Source: Candidatus Altiarchaeales archaeon
GTDB taxonomy: Archaea; Altiarchaeota; Altiarchaeia; IMC4; SCGC-AAA252-I15
Length of the DNA: 64,000 bases
Reading direction: 5' to 3'
NCBI GenBank assembly: GCA_014727915.1
Contig: WJMO01000005.1
Location: forward strand, 320,001-384,000
Positions 38,367 to 48,356 of this stretch are shown in pieces; position 1 is the stretch's first letter, and each line of letters starts with the position of its first letter. Position numbers and translations under genes: made by a program. Below the pieces are notes generated by a model. It was not told the origin of the DNA and made no database searches. It saw only the letters and a program-made list of their open reading frames with translations.

Positions 38367-40490
38367 TTAGTATATGAACAGCATCTCCCTGTATTTCGGC
38401 AGGGGCCACAGCCTCTCGTCCACTTCAGCCTCCAGCTGGTCCACTGCATTCCGGACTTCCGACATGGCCTTTATGGTCGCGGGCGGCTTGCCCTTCTCTA
38501 TCGCCTTCTCCAGCTTGTCCATTCCCGCGTATAGCTGTGCGGTGAGCTCTGAGAGCTTGCCCACGTGCTTCTTCATGCCGACAAGCGCCGTTCCCTTCCC
38601 GCCCGCAGCCTTCAACGCGGCCGCGGACTTTGCCACCTTCTTCTGGTACTTTAGCGCAGCAGGGAGTATCATTGTCTTGGCCATGTCCAGGCTCGTCCTC
38701 CCTTCGATGTCTATGGCCATCTCATACTGCTCGTGGAGTATCTCGTACCTGCTCTTCAGCTCCTTCTCGGAGAATACGCAGTATTTCTCGAACAGCTTTG
38801 TGTTCTCAGGGGTTACTATGGCCTTCAATGCCTCGTCGCTGGTCTTGATGTTGGCCAGCCCCCTCTTCTCGGCTTCCTGCTCCCATTCGCTGGTGTAGTT
38901 GTCTCCGTTGAAGATTATCCTCTTGTGCTCTTTGACGATCTTCTGGAGTATCCTCTGCAGGGCTTCGTTCACCTTCTCTCCCCTGCCCATTGCCTTCTCG
39001 ATCTCGTCCGAGATGTAGTCGAGGGACTCCGCCACTATGGTGTTCAATACCAGGTTGGGCCCTGCGCAGCTCATGGTCGACCCGACCATGCGGAACTCGA
39101 ACTTGGTTCCTGTGAAGGCGAACGGAGACGTCCTATTCCTGTCTGTGACGTCCTTAGGCAGCTCCGGCAGGGATGTCACTCCGACCGTTAGCTTGTCGTT
39201 GGCCTTGCTGGCCTTGGCGCCTCCCTTCTCCACCTGCTCTATTATGTCTGTCAGCTGGTCTCCTAGGAATATGGAGACTATCGCGGGCGGGGCTTCGTTG
39301 GCTCCCAGCCGGTGGTCGTTACCTGCGGTGGCTACCGAGGCTCTGAGCAGCTTCTGGTACTTGTCGACTGCCCTGATGACCGCGCATACCATGGTGAGGA
39401 ACTTCGCGTTCTCGTGGGGGCTGTCCCCAGGGTTCAGGAGGTTCTTGCCGTCCGGTCCGCTGAGGCTCCAGTTGTTGTGCTTACCTGACCCGTTCACTCC
39501 CGCGAACGGCTTCTCGTGTAGCAGGCATACCAGCCCGTGCTTTTCAGCGGTCTCCTTGAGTATCTGCATGACCATCATGTTGTGGTCCACGCTGAGGTTG
39601 AGCTCTTCGAAGACGGGCGCTATCTCGAACTGTGCGGGGGAGACCTCGTTGTGCCGTGTCTTTGCCGGTATCCCCAGCTTCCAGCATTCCCTGTCCACTT
39701 CCTCCATGAACGCGAGGACCCTCGGCTTTATGGAGCCGAAGTAGTGGTCGTCCATCTGCTGGTGCTTTGGCGGGCAGTTCCCGAACAGTGTCCTTCCGCA
39801 CATTACCAGGTCAGGCCTCGCCAGGTAGAATTCCCGGTCTATGAGGAAGTATTCCTGTTCCGGCCCCAGTGTTGCGAAGGCCCTCCTGTCCGGCACTTTT
39901 CCATCGAAGAGCTTTATCAGCCTCCGCGTCGATTTTGAGAGGGCTTCCATGGACCTGAGCAGCGGCGTCTTCTTGTCGAGCGCTTCTCCGGTGTATGAGA
40001 CGAACGCTGTGGGTATGCACAGTGTCGGCCCTTCCTCGGTGTATTTTATGAAGGCCGGGCTTGTGGGGTCCCATGCTGTGTATCCCCTGGCTTCGAAGGT
40101 TGCTCTTATGCCCCCTGATGGGAAGCTGCTCGCGTCAGGCTCTCCCTGTGTGAGCTCCTTCCCTGAGAACTTGAATATCGCGCCCCCGTCCTCTGTCGGG
40201 TGTATGAGGGAGTCGTGCTTCTCCGCAGTCGCTCCCGTCATCGGCTGGAACCAGTGGGTGTAGTGGAATGCTCCCTTGCTTATGGCCCACTTCTTTATGC
40301 CTTCCGCGACGTCGTCTGCTATGCCTTCCGGCAGGGCTTCGCCCTTGTCTATAACGTTCTTAAGGGTCTTGTAGACCTTCTCGGGCAGGAACTGCTTCAT
40401 CGCTTTGAAGCTGAAAACGTTCTCTCCATATCTTTCCAGCATCTCCTTTTCGATCTTCGCCTCTTCTCTCATCTTCTTTTCAATAACCAT
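38367..40490 (-). CDS. glnN: Glutamine synthetase type III
   Basis: [71 protein letters not shown]. Confidence 0.95.
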   Translation of the reverse strand: MVIEKKMREEAKIEKEMLERYGENVFSFKAMKQFLPEKVYKTLKNVIDKGEALPEGIADDVAEGIKKWAISKGAFHYTHWFQPMTGATAEKHDSLIHPTEDGGAIFKFSGKELTQGEPDASSFPSGGIRATFEARGYTAWDPTSPAFIKYTEEGPTLCIPTAFVSYTGEALDKKTPLLRSMEALSKSTRRLIKLFDGKVPDRRAFATLGPEQEYFLIDREFYLARPDLVMCGRTLFGNCPPKHQQMDDHYFGSIKPRVLAFMEEVDRECWKLGIPAKTRHNEVSPAQFEIAPVFEELNLSVDHNMMVMQILKETAEKHGLVCLLHEKPFAGVNGSGKHNNWSLSGPDGKNLLNPGDSPHENAKFLTMVCAVIRAVDKYQKLLRASVATAGNDHRLGANEAPPAIVSIFLGDQLTDIIEQVEKGGAKASKANDKLTVGVTSLPELPKDVTDRNRTSPFAFTGTKFEFRMVGSTMSCAGPNLVLNTIVAESLDYISDEIEKAMGRGEKVNEALQRILQKIVKEHKRIIFNGDNYTSEWEQEAEKRGLANIKTSDEALKAIVTPENTKLFEKYCVFSEKELKSRYEILHEQYEMAIDIEGRTSLDMAKTMILPAALKYQKKVAKSAAALKAAGGKGTALVGMKKHVGKLSELTAQLYAGMDKLEKAIEKGKPPATIKAMSEVRNAVDQLEAEVDERLWPLPKYREMLFIY

Positions 40491-40759
40491 CTCCTCAACC
40501 TCTTCACGTTTCGAAATTAAAGTTGATAATAAGAATATGTAGGATTCCTTTAAATACCTTTCTATTTTATGCCAAATTCTTCAATATTCTATTAATTTTT
40601 TGAATTATGTCTCATATTTGTTGGTTTTTTATTTTTTTGCGGCTTTATATGCCTGATTTCCCGCCTCACGGCCTCTGACATGTTGTCCAACCCCCCTCCG
40701 GAACATCACTCTTTTTTCCGCTGAATAGAATATCTGATATGCCCACTCGGTGATCAACG

Positions 40760-42736
40760 ATGACTAACGCGTTTCACGTAACCGTCATGTTATTGGCCCT
40801 GCTTATTCTGTCGCATGCTTCGGCCGAACCGGCAGCTCAGAACACTACGGACACCACAGGCCCGGGAGACAGTCTGGGATGCACTGACTCGGACGAAGAC
40901 TTCGACATATACACAAAGGGCAGCGTGACCGCTGACGGGGTTCTGAGGGAGGACTATTGCAGCGGGGAGACCACCTTGTACGAGGCCAGGTGCGGTGATG
41001 GCAGCCCATACTACACCCACTCCGATTGCAAGCTGGGCTGCAGTGACGGGGCCTGCGTCAGGGAGTCTAGCGTATGCGCCCCCGAAGACGGTGATAGGGT
41101 CTACACGGGACAGGGTGCTTTCCAACCAGGAGACTTCATGGTGGTCTCCCACAATCTCTACGAGTACGTTGGCGTCGCTGAACTGCCCGCTTCGCAGAAC
41201 AGGGTGAAGCTGACCCTCCGGGACACCGGCTGCGAATACCATGAGCTCGAGTTGGACCCTATAACGGGGGACAGGATAGTATATACTATAAAACAGACGG
41301 GGGAGGCGCTATTCATCGAATTGGACAAGAGGATATTCGACACCACCGCATACTATGGCAGCTTCAACAACGTCGACCTGCTGCTTGACGGCGGCCGACT
41401 CTACACCTACGCTCCCAGGCTGGACGGGGAGATATGCGGGAACAGGGATGCCCTATCATGGGACAACAACCTCGGCGGGAGGCTTCTGGAGGACGTGAAC
41501 CCGCTCATATGCCCGAACCTCGGCAGATGCGATGACAGCGACGGAGGCCAGAACCCCTATGAGAAGGGAACAGTACTCACCCCTGACGAGTCCTTCTATG
41601 ACGTTTGCTTCAGCGAGGGCGAGCTCGTCGAATACTACTGCGCGGGAGAAAGCGCAAAGTCCGCGAGGCTCAACTGCAGCGGGTCGTGCAGTGATGGCGC
41701 ATGCGTCAAGGGCGGTGACGAGCTCTTCATATACGACGAGTATCCGACGGATGCCCTGGAGGTGGCTAACATACCGGTCCTAGCCAAGCTCTCGGTCCGC
41801 ACTCGCGGGGGCTCGGGGAATGGGATGGCGAACTGCAGCTACAAGTACGGTGACATGGATTATGCGCCGTTCGAGATCACCGGAGACACCGGCCACAGTC
41901 ACAAGCTCATGTTCCAAAATGAAGGCTTGAACATAGTCTATGTCAGGTGTGCGGACCCCTCTGGGGCAGAGGACTACAGCAAGATATCCTTCACGGTCGA
42001 CCTCCCGGACGACTGCGATGACAGCGACGGCGGCCTGAGCTTCTACAAGGCGGGGTCTGTAGCGTCCAACGGCCGGACGATAGAGGACAGGTGCGTGGGT
42101 GGAGCTCTCCTGGAGGCTTTCTGCAGCCTGGATGTTGGGGAGATGCCTCCAGCCTACGACTGCGAAGCAGGCGCATGCACAGCCGAATACTACTGCCAGC
42201 ACGGGTGCGAGAACGGCGCATGCATGGTAAAAGTAATGCCAGATACCGTCAGGATAAGGCTTTTTGAGGGGTGGAACCTGGTCGCCCTCCCCGGCGGCGG
42301 CACACTGGAGAAGGGCTCATGCGACTCTATCGTGGGGTTCGTCATGGTCGACGGAGAATACCACACCCTCCAGGAGGCTTCGGGGATGCTTGGCGGAGAC
42401 CTGATGGCGTACCTAAGCATCCATGCCTTCTGGGTGCACACGGGCGAGTACTGCAGGCTACAGTTCAAAGCCAGCTCGCACACTTCCCCTGATGGCCTGT
42501 CATTGGATGCCGGGTGGAACCTCGTGCCTGTGGCGAGAGACATGGTCGGGAAGAGCATGTCAGGCCTATCGGGCGACTGCGTGTTCACAGAATATTACCT
42601 GTGGGATGCCGCCGGCCAGGAGTGGGAGGGGAAGGACAGCTCATACAAGTTCACCGAGTCTGAAAGATACGGTGGGGTTTTGTTGAAGGCCGAGGGCAGA
42701 TGCGACCTTGCCCCCTCAGAATCTCAGGAGGTGTGA
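40760..42736 (+). CDS. Secreted Cys-rich protein with three CxDSD(GG) repeats and GWNLV C-terminal domains
   Basis: CTDSD, CDDSDGG and CDDSDGG repeats ending in C.GC.DGAC-like motifs; GWNLV twice. Confidence 0.85.
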   Translation: MTNAFHVTVMLLALLILSHASAEPAAQNTTDTTGPGDSLGCTDSDEDFDIYTKGSVTADGVLREDYCSGETTLYEARCGDGSPYYTHSDCKLGCSDGACVRESSVCAPEDGDRVYTGQGAFQPGDFMVVSHNLYEYVGVAELPASQNRVKLTLRDTGCEYHELELDPITGDRIVYTIKQTGEALFIELDKRIFDTTAYYGSFNNVDLLLDGGRLYTYAPRLDGEICGNRDALSWDNNLGGRLLEDVNPLICPNLGRCDDSDGGQNPYEKGTVLTPDESFYDVCFSEGELVEYYCAGESAKSARLNCSGSCSDGACVKGGDELFIYDEYPTDALEVANIPVLAKLSVRTRGGSGNGMANCSYKYGDMDYAPFEITGDTGHSHKLMFQNEGLNIVYVRCADPSGAEDYSKISFTVDLPDDCDDSDGGLSFYKAGSVASNGRTIEDRCVGGALLEAFCSLDVGEMPPAYDCEAGACTAEYYCQHGCENGACMVKVMPDTVRIRLFEGWNLVALPGGGTLEKGSCDSIVGFVMVDGEYHTLQEASGMLGGDLMAYLSIHAFWVHTGEYCRLQFKASSHTSPDGLSLDAGWNLVPVARDMVGKSMSGLSGDCVFTEYYLWDAAGQEWEGKDSSYKFTESERYGGVLLKAEGRCDLAPSESQEV

Positions 42737-42741
42737 AGGAC

Positions 42742-42930
42742 ATGAAGAGGATATCAGCCCTTTTGTTGGCGGTGATTCTGCTTTCGGGTTGCGTGGGCGA
42801 CACGGTGGTAGAACCGCAGGTCACCCAGTCAACCACCACGTTGGCTTCTTTCCCGGCAGACGGGGGGGACTCGATAGACGGCATCTTCGACGACCCCGGG
42901 GGCATAAGGCCGCCGCCGATGCCGTCTTGA
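42742..42930 (+). CDS. Small lipoprotein
   Basis: MKRISALLLAVILLSGC lipobox; GGAGGTG Shine-Dalgarno. Confidence 0.75.
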   Translation: MKRISALLLAVILLSGCVGDTVVEPQVTQSTTTLASFPADGGDSIDGIFDDPGGIRPPPMPS

Positions 42931-42961
42931 CTTTTTATCCGCTTTCTTCCCAGATATTAAC

Positions 42962-43756
42962 ATGGCCTTGGACCGTCTCGCAGCCCCCGGACCCCCAGGC
43001 CCCCTATCGGACGTTCCTGCCGTCATCTTCGACCTGGATGGGACGTTGATAGACGTTGACGTCTTCAGGCCGAGATTCGACGTCGGAGACCTGAAATCCG
43101 ACCGTGCATATTCGACCAACTCCTACCTACAATCCCTCAGGGATGGTGGCTTCGACCTCTGGCTGGTTCGCAAGAGCATTGCCAACGTCGGCAGCGAAAT
43201 ACCATCTAAGAGTTTCATTGGTGGTTGGAGTTCTGTGAAAGGCCATTTTAAGAGCCTTGAATCCGAGGGCAAAACCCCGGAGGAGATATCTTCTGCCCTG
43301 GCTGATGTATACAAAATGGATAATCTGCCCCCCGACCTGAGGAGGAGGTATGAGCTGAGGTTCAGGCAGATGGCCTTCCATGACATGAGACGCGCTGGGC
43401 TGGAAACCAAGCTTTTCACCGGATTTGAGCCCGCTGTTCTGACCCAGTACTCGGCTGCCGGCGACCTGCCTGCCAGGGCTAAGGCAGAGAAGTTCAAGCA
43501 GATCATCGAGAGCCGCCGATACGACCCGAACAGGGTCCTCATCGTCGGCGACGACCCTTCAGTCGAGGGCAGGGCTGCTGAAATACTCCGGGAGCACTAT
43601 GGCCTTCCCAAATCACTGCCTTTCGTGCACGTTGGCGTCTGCACATTCAGGGGGTCGGAGCCTCACAAGCCATTGCGCGACTACGGCCTACACATGCACT
43701 TCACCGAATCACCTGCTCCTCAACGGAATTTCCAACGCCCCCGGGGCATGAACTGA
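42962..43756 (+). CDS. HAD-superfamily hydrolase-like protein
   Basis: IFDLDGTL motif I; LIVGDD motif IV. Confidence 0.75.
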   Translation: MALDRLAAPGPPGPLSDVPAVIFDLDGTLIDVDVFRPRFDVGDLKSDRAYSTNSYLQSLRDGGFDLWLVRKSIANVGSEIPSKSFIGGWSSVKGHFKSLESEGKTPEEISSALADVYKMDNLPPDLRRRYELRFRQMAFHDMRRAGLETKLFTGFEPAVLTQYSAAGDLPARAKAEKFKQIIESRRYDPNRVLIVGDDPSVEGRAAEILREHYGLPKSLPFVHVGVCTFRGSEPHKPLRDYGLHMHFTESPAPQRNFQRPRGMN

Positions 43757-43802
43757 CCTCTAATCAATGTTATTACCTACACCTTCCCATAATTCTATCA
43801 TT

Positions 43803-45344
43803 ATGCCTGAATGGTATGACCGCCGCAACCTGCTTGACCGTAATCCTGTGCTGACAAGGGATGGTAAGAGCGTTCCATTAGATGATGCCCTGCCACTGCT
43901 ATCCGAGTTCGGGAAGGGCGAGTCACAACGTTACCGGGACTTTGACCGGGCATGTGAGGAGGCTCCCGGTGCCACCCTATTCGGCAGGACAAGGGACGGG
44001 TGGGTCTACGCCGTGAATGCCCCTGCTGACCGGCTTTCTGGGATTGGCGTGGGGTTGAAGAGCCCTGAACTGGCGGCGTTCGACCGCAAGTACCGGATCA
44101 TCCAAACCCCAGAGGACCCAAAGACCAGGGCTTTGGTCGGCCGTGACCCTTTTCTCACGGACACTGGGGTGTTCGACTTCTTCGTTGTCCTCATAGGGCA
44201 AAAGCTCCTGGAAGCCGATGAGGGCAGGCACTCTCCCCTTCCGAACGACCGGCAGACAGAGGACGGCCTCATCCGGATGATATACTCCGCATACGGCGAC
44301 CGAGGGCTTAACTGGCTCCAGGAGATCGCTGACGCGGGCGGCCAGCGTAGCAGGTTCGGACACGACCCCGACCTTTCCGCGGTGGCTTCCGCGTTCATGT
44401 GCTCCAAGCAGCTCTTCACCGACCAGGCCAGCATGGACGCTCTCCTGGGCGAATACCGTGGTTGCAGGGAGTTCTGGCGCGGAGTCCCAGGAGTCGGCGC
44501 CAGTATCCTGCCCCATAAGGTCTTCCACGCGGCCTACGAGTTCAGCCACATATACACAAGCGAGGACATAAGCCGCGAGTACGATGTCATGGAGGGTGCT
44601 CTTTCGCGGACTGGCATCCCATTCCGCCGCGTCGACCTGGCGTTGGACGAGTACTGGCCGAAGGACATCAGGAGCTGGTCCCCGGACCAGAGCTACTGTG
44701 TGGAGTGCGTTGACAAGCGGAAGGTTCCTGTGCTGAGCAGAGCATCTGACTACTGGATCTCCCATTCTAACGTGCCTCACAGGATAAGCAACGGCGGGGG
44801 GATAGTCCACGGCTTCGGGAAGACCCCCTATGCAATCACTATGGGCACGATCCCAGACTCCGAGGTCAAGGGTTACTTGGAGGCGTTGAAGCGTGTGCCA
44901 GGCTATGAGGATACCGCGCATTTCAGGTTCCCCTTCGGTTTCATGCGCGTTCCCATCGGAGGCAGGTTCCAGGATTTCGAGTGGCAGGACCCTGACATGA
45001 ACCTTGACACGTTCACGGCAGCCGACACAGAGCATGGCCGGAACGGCTTGTGGGTCGACCCCTTCTACCACCGGGCCTTGCAGGGCCATCCCGCATTCAA
45101 GGACTTCAAAGAATACCACGGCGATGAGGTTCTCATCCTTGAGAGCCACCCTGATGAGACGAAGTTCCACCCGCAGAACACCTCATGGGTGGCGCCGGGG
45201 TTGAAGGCATACAACCACTGCCCAAAGTCCCTTGACATACTGCGTCCGACGGAGGGGAGGCATCTCGTATTGGACGAGCCCGTCTGCCGGATCCACCGCC
45301 ACGGCGGAGGAATGGGCTGCAACATGGGAATGGAACTCATTTGA
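43803..45344 (+). CDS. Hypothetical protein with a divergent pentein (amidinotransferase/deiminase)-like C-terminal domain
   Basis: YWPKD, SNGGG, DPDMNLD and terminal GGGMGC in pentein order. Confidence 0.6.
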   Translation: MPEWYDRRNLLDRNPVLTRDGKSVPLDDALPLLSEFGKGESQRYRDFDRACEEAPGATLFGRTRDGWVYAVNAPADRLSGIGVGLKSPELAAFDRKYRIIQTPEDPKTRALVGRDPFLTDTGVFDFFVVLIGQKLLEADEGRHSPLPNDRQTEDGLIRMIYSAYGDRGLNWLQEIADAGGQRSRFGHDPDLSAVASAFMCSKQLFTDQASMDALLGEYRGCREFWRGVPGVGASILPHKVFHAAYEFSHIYTSEDISREYDVMEGALSRTGIPFRRVDLALDEYWPKDIRSWSPDQSYCVECVDKRKVPVLSRASDYWISHSNVPHRISNGGGIVHGFGKTPYAITMGTIPDSEVKGYLEALKRVPGYEDTAHFRFPFGFMRVPIGGRFQDFEWQDPDMNLDTFTAADTEHGRNGLWVDPFYHRALQGHPAFKDFKEYHGDEVLILESHPDETKFHPQNTSWVAPGLKAYNHCPKSLDILRPTEGRHLVLDEPVCRIHRHGGGMGCNMGMELI

Positions 45345-45547
45345 TCTTATCGATTATTCACATGTGGTCCCCTAACTAATCATTGTTTATCCTCTGACCT
45401 TCCTCCTCTTTCGCCAGATGAGCATGATGGCCGCCGATAGAACCAGTGCTTTGCATCCCACGTCAGAGGCGGTGCCTGCACAATCAGTAATGCCATCAGG
45501 ATATTCCGTCCACCCCTAAGAAATCAGTGCAAGCCGGGGAATATAAC

Positions 45548-46279
45548 CTATCTCGCCTTTTTCTCCCTGTACTTCGACGCTCTCCTCCCGGTCTCAGGGT
45601 CTACTCCGACCATCCGGTAGTGTGTTGTCAGGTCGTTCCGGGGGTCGGGTTGGCCGTGGTATCCGTAGGTGTCGAATATGGGCCCTTCACTATCCTTCCT
45701 GAATCCGAGGCGCTCGAAGAGGTCCAGGAACCTGTCTCTGACGTCGTCGGGCAAGAATCCCACCCTGGCCTCTCCCTGGTGCGCCATTGCGTGGTCCCTT
45801 GCTATCCTGAGCGCCGGCATCAGAACCCCTGTCTTCCTCAGTGATGGGTCCAGGTACATGTGCCCGAGGTCTTTCCCCCTTGCTGATATGAATCCCATAG
45901 CCCACTCGAGGCTTTCCCTGCAGCCCCTCACCCTTATGGAACCGTCCTTCTTGTCGAACCTGAGCGCGTAGTAGCTGCAGTGGTAGTGTGTTCTACCGGT
46001 GAAGGGCATGACGAGAGTTCCCTTATCGGTCTCCACTGGTATCTTCACTGTTTCCCCGCCCGGCGTTCTGAAATCCAGGGTGCCTGTCTCCAGTCCTTTG
46101 TCCAGGCTTTCATCGGATGGCAGGGTGAGCATCCTGAGGCTTTCGACGTGTTGGTCTCCGTATCCGACCCTCTTCCTGAGCTCTTTTAGGTCTTCGAACA
46201 CCCTCCGCCTTTCAACGCCTTCCAGTCCTTCAAGCCGCCTTAATTGCTCGTCGGAGAGGACCCTCCTCCGCAAGGCCAT
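45548..46279 (-). CDS. Hypothetical protein with GNAT-like C-terminal domain
   Basis: HMYLDPSLRKTGV (motif A-like) and LFERLGF (motif B-like). Confidence 0.55.
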   Translation of the reverse strand: MALRRRVLSDEQLRRLEGLEGVERRRVFEDLKELRKRVGYGDQHVESLRMLTLPSDESLDKGLETGTLDFRTPGGETVKIPVETDKGTLVMPFTGRTHYHCSYYALRFDKKDGSIRVRGCRESLEWAMGFISARGKDLGHMYLDPSLRKTGVLMPALRIARDHAMAHQGEARVGFLPDDVRDRFLDLFERLGFRKDSEGPIFDTYGYHGQPDPRNDLTTHYRMVGVDPETGRRASKYREKKAR

Positions 46280-46312
46280 ATGGTATAAAGGGGAAGACGC
46301 GGTAAAATAATG

Positions 46313-46711
46313 CTATACCTCCTCGGTCAATCGCCCCTCCTTAAGCCAGTCCAGGGCTTCCCGGTAGTCTGTGAATGCTTTCATCGCGTATCCCTGGTTG
46401 TTGTAGACGTCCTCCATGAACTTGATGTCCTCCGTGATCTCCGGGTGCACCCCGGCTATCCTGGTGGTCTTGGGTATGCCCATCTCCGAGATGGTCTTGG
46501 GCCGGTCGTATTGGGCGGTGATCGAAGTCTTCAGGTTGCATTCCCTGTAGTCGCATAGGAGCTTCTGCGTTCCATGCTCTTTTATCTCCTCCGCGACCTT
46601 TTTGATGGCGTCTTCGTCGGCTGTCATGTCGTAGTCTCCGATGAGGCGGAGGACGAGTATCTCCTCCCCGTCCGTGAGATCGAACTCTATGCTATACCTG
46701 TCGGATGCCAT
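46313..46711 (-). CDS. STAS/SpoIIAA-like protein
   Basis: KLLCDYR, RIAGV, AFTDYREALDWL. Confidence 0.7.
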   Translation of the reverse strand: MASDRYSIEFDLTDGEEILVLRLIGDYDMTADEDAIKKVAEEIKEHGTQKLLCDYRECNLKTSITAQYDRPKTISEMGIPKTTRIAGVHPEITEDIKFMEDVYNNQGYAMKAFTDYREALDWLKEGRLTEEV

Positions 46712-46858
46712 ATTAGAAGAAATGGAGAATAACCCACTGTTAAAGTGATTGGATGTCTACCTTAAAAGGGTAGAATATCCTAACTGTGCCTGTCCTCTCG
46801 GGGATTACCTTTTCGAAACCACCGGGTATTTATGCCTCTAAGGGATATTCTCTCCGAT

Positions 46859-47284
46859 ATGAGGCTTTTGTCTTTGTCTTTGTCCCTGGTGCTGTTGTTC
46901 TCGGGGTGTGTCAGCCAAGGGCAGCAAGGCGGCACGGCAGAGGATTCTGCCATGCGCCATGTCCCTGATGAGGGGGGAGCGGATGGCTCTCCAGGAGTCG
47001 TTAGGTTCTCCCTTACCGGCGTGAACTACCGGTTCCTCATGGACGGGGTTGAGAACCCGACTTTGAGGGTCCGCCAGGGCGATACTGTCCGGGTCGAGTT
47101 CACGAGCGCCGAGGGCTTTCACGACTGGGTGGTGGACGAGTTCGACGCTGCGACGGATAAGGTCAGCGCGCCGGCTTCGACGTATGTGGAGTTCGTCGCG
47201 GACAAGAAGGGATCCTTCGAATACTACTGCAGCGTGGGCCAGCACCGCCAGCAGGGTATGGAAGGGGAACTGATAGTGGAATAG
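46859..47284 (+). CDS. Cupredoxin/plastocyanin-like lipoprotein
   Basis: LFSGC lipobox; GFHDW...YYCSVGQHRQQGM type-1 Cu ligands. Confidence 0.88.
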   Translation: MRLLSLSLSLVLLFSGCVSQGQQGGTAEDSAMRHVPDEGGADGSPGVVRFSLTGVNYRFLMDGVENPTLRVRQGDTVRVEFTSAEGFHDWVVDEFDAATDKVSAPASTYVEFVADKKGSFEYYCSVGQHRQQGMEGELIVE

Positions 47285-47323
47285 GGGGCATGTTTTAAAG
47301 CATCTCTGTGAATACCTTATCTG

Positions 47324-48334
47324 ATGAGGGCGTTCCTTCCTTTCCTGCTGGTGTTCATGTGCGGCTGCCTCTGTTGCGCGCCCTTCGACTTCTACACCAC
47401 CACTACCACCACTACCACGACGTTGCCTCCCTCTTTTGACCTGGGTTTTGTCGTGATGTACAACTGGGGTCCATGTGATGCTGGCTACGGCTATGAGGCC
47501 GTTCAGTTATACGGTGATGGTGAGGGCTACTACGCCTTCAACAACACCGTGACAGGCCAGTATTCGTCTAACACTTTCAAGGTTCCGAAGTCTGAGTTGG
47601 AGTCTCTGCTCAGGACCATCGACGGGAGCGGTTTCAAAGAGCTTGAGTCAGAGAACGATGATGATATGTTCTTCGACCCTGGCATCGATGGCGGGGCCTG
47701 CAGGCTGTTGACTGTCTACGACTCCGTTGACTCCGTATATGACACGCGATATAACGCGTTCGTGTCGGGTGTGGACCTGCCCGAAGTCGATAGGGTGGGT
47801 GATCATCTGGTATCCATACTTAACACCTACGGTGGCAGAACTGCTCGTTTCACCCCTCCGCCAACTGTGATAGTCACTTCCACCACGGCCACAACATCCT
47901 CTACTCTACCCGACTATAGCAGCTTCCGCGAGGACGTGATGGTGGATTACATCTGGGGGTCCTGCTGGCTTGGGGACCCGCTGGAGGGTGTTGTGATATT
48001 GGACAGCGGACTTGCAGGGTACTACTACAACGACACCGACGACAACCTCCACGCCTTCCAGGAGTTCACACTCACGCAGTCGGAGATGACGTATCTAAAG
48101 GCTGCGATACGCCAGAACCAGTTCTTCACCCTCGACTACGACTACCTGGGCTCCAACCGGGAGGAGAGCCACTGCTCCGCCCTCTATATCCACCTCGACG
48201 GGAAGCGGAGTAACGTCCAGGTGAAGAACATCCACGTCCCACGGTACAGGAACGTCGCCCAACGCCTGGAGAACATCGCCTACAAGCACAAGCCCACCTA
48301 CCTGCCAGAACTACCGGATTACCCGCTGGCTTGA
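47324..48334 (+). CDS. Lipoprotein with two repeated WGxC domains and Thr linkers
   Basis: CGCLCC lipobox region; YNWGPC...LYGDG and YIWGSC...ILDSG repeats. Confidence 0.75.
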   Translation: MRAFLPFLLVFMCGCLCCAPFDFYTTTTTTTTTLPPSFDLGFVVMYNWGPCDAGYGYEAVQLYGDGEGYYAFNNTVTGQYSSNTFKVPKSELESLLRTIDGSGFKELESENDDDMFFDPGIDGGACRLLTVYDSVDSVYDTRYNAFVSGVDLPEVDRVGDHLVSILNTYGGRTARFTPPPTVIVTSTTATTSSTLPDYSSFREDVMVDYIWGSCWLGDPLEGVVILDSGLAGYYYNDTDDNLHAFQEFTLTQSEMTYLKAAIRQNQFFTLDYDYLGSNREESHCSALYIHLDGKRSNVQVKNIHVPRYRNVAQRLENIAYKHKPTYLPELPDYPLA

Positions 48335-48356
48335 ACCTCGCCTATGTGTTGGCTGT

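Noticed and set aside
45388-45520. Minus-strand frame ending ALVLSAAIMLIWRKRRKVRG*, resembling a C-terminal anchor remnant
   Set aside because: No clear start and too short to call; at most a gene fragment.
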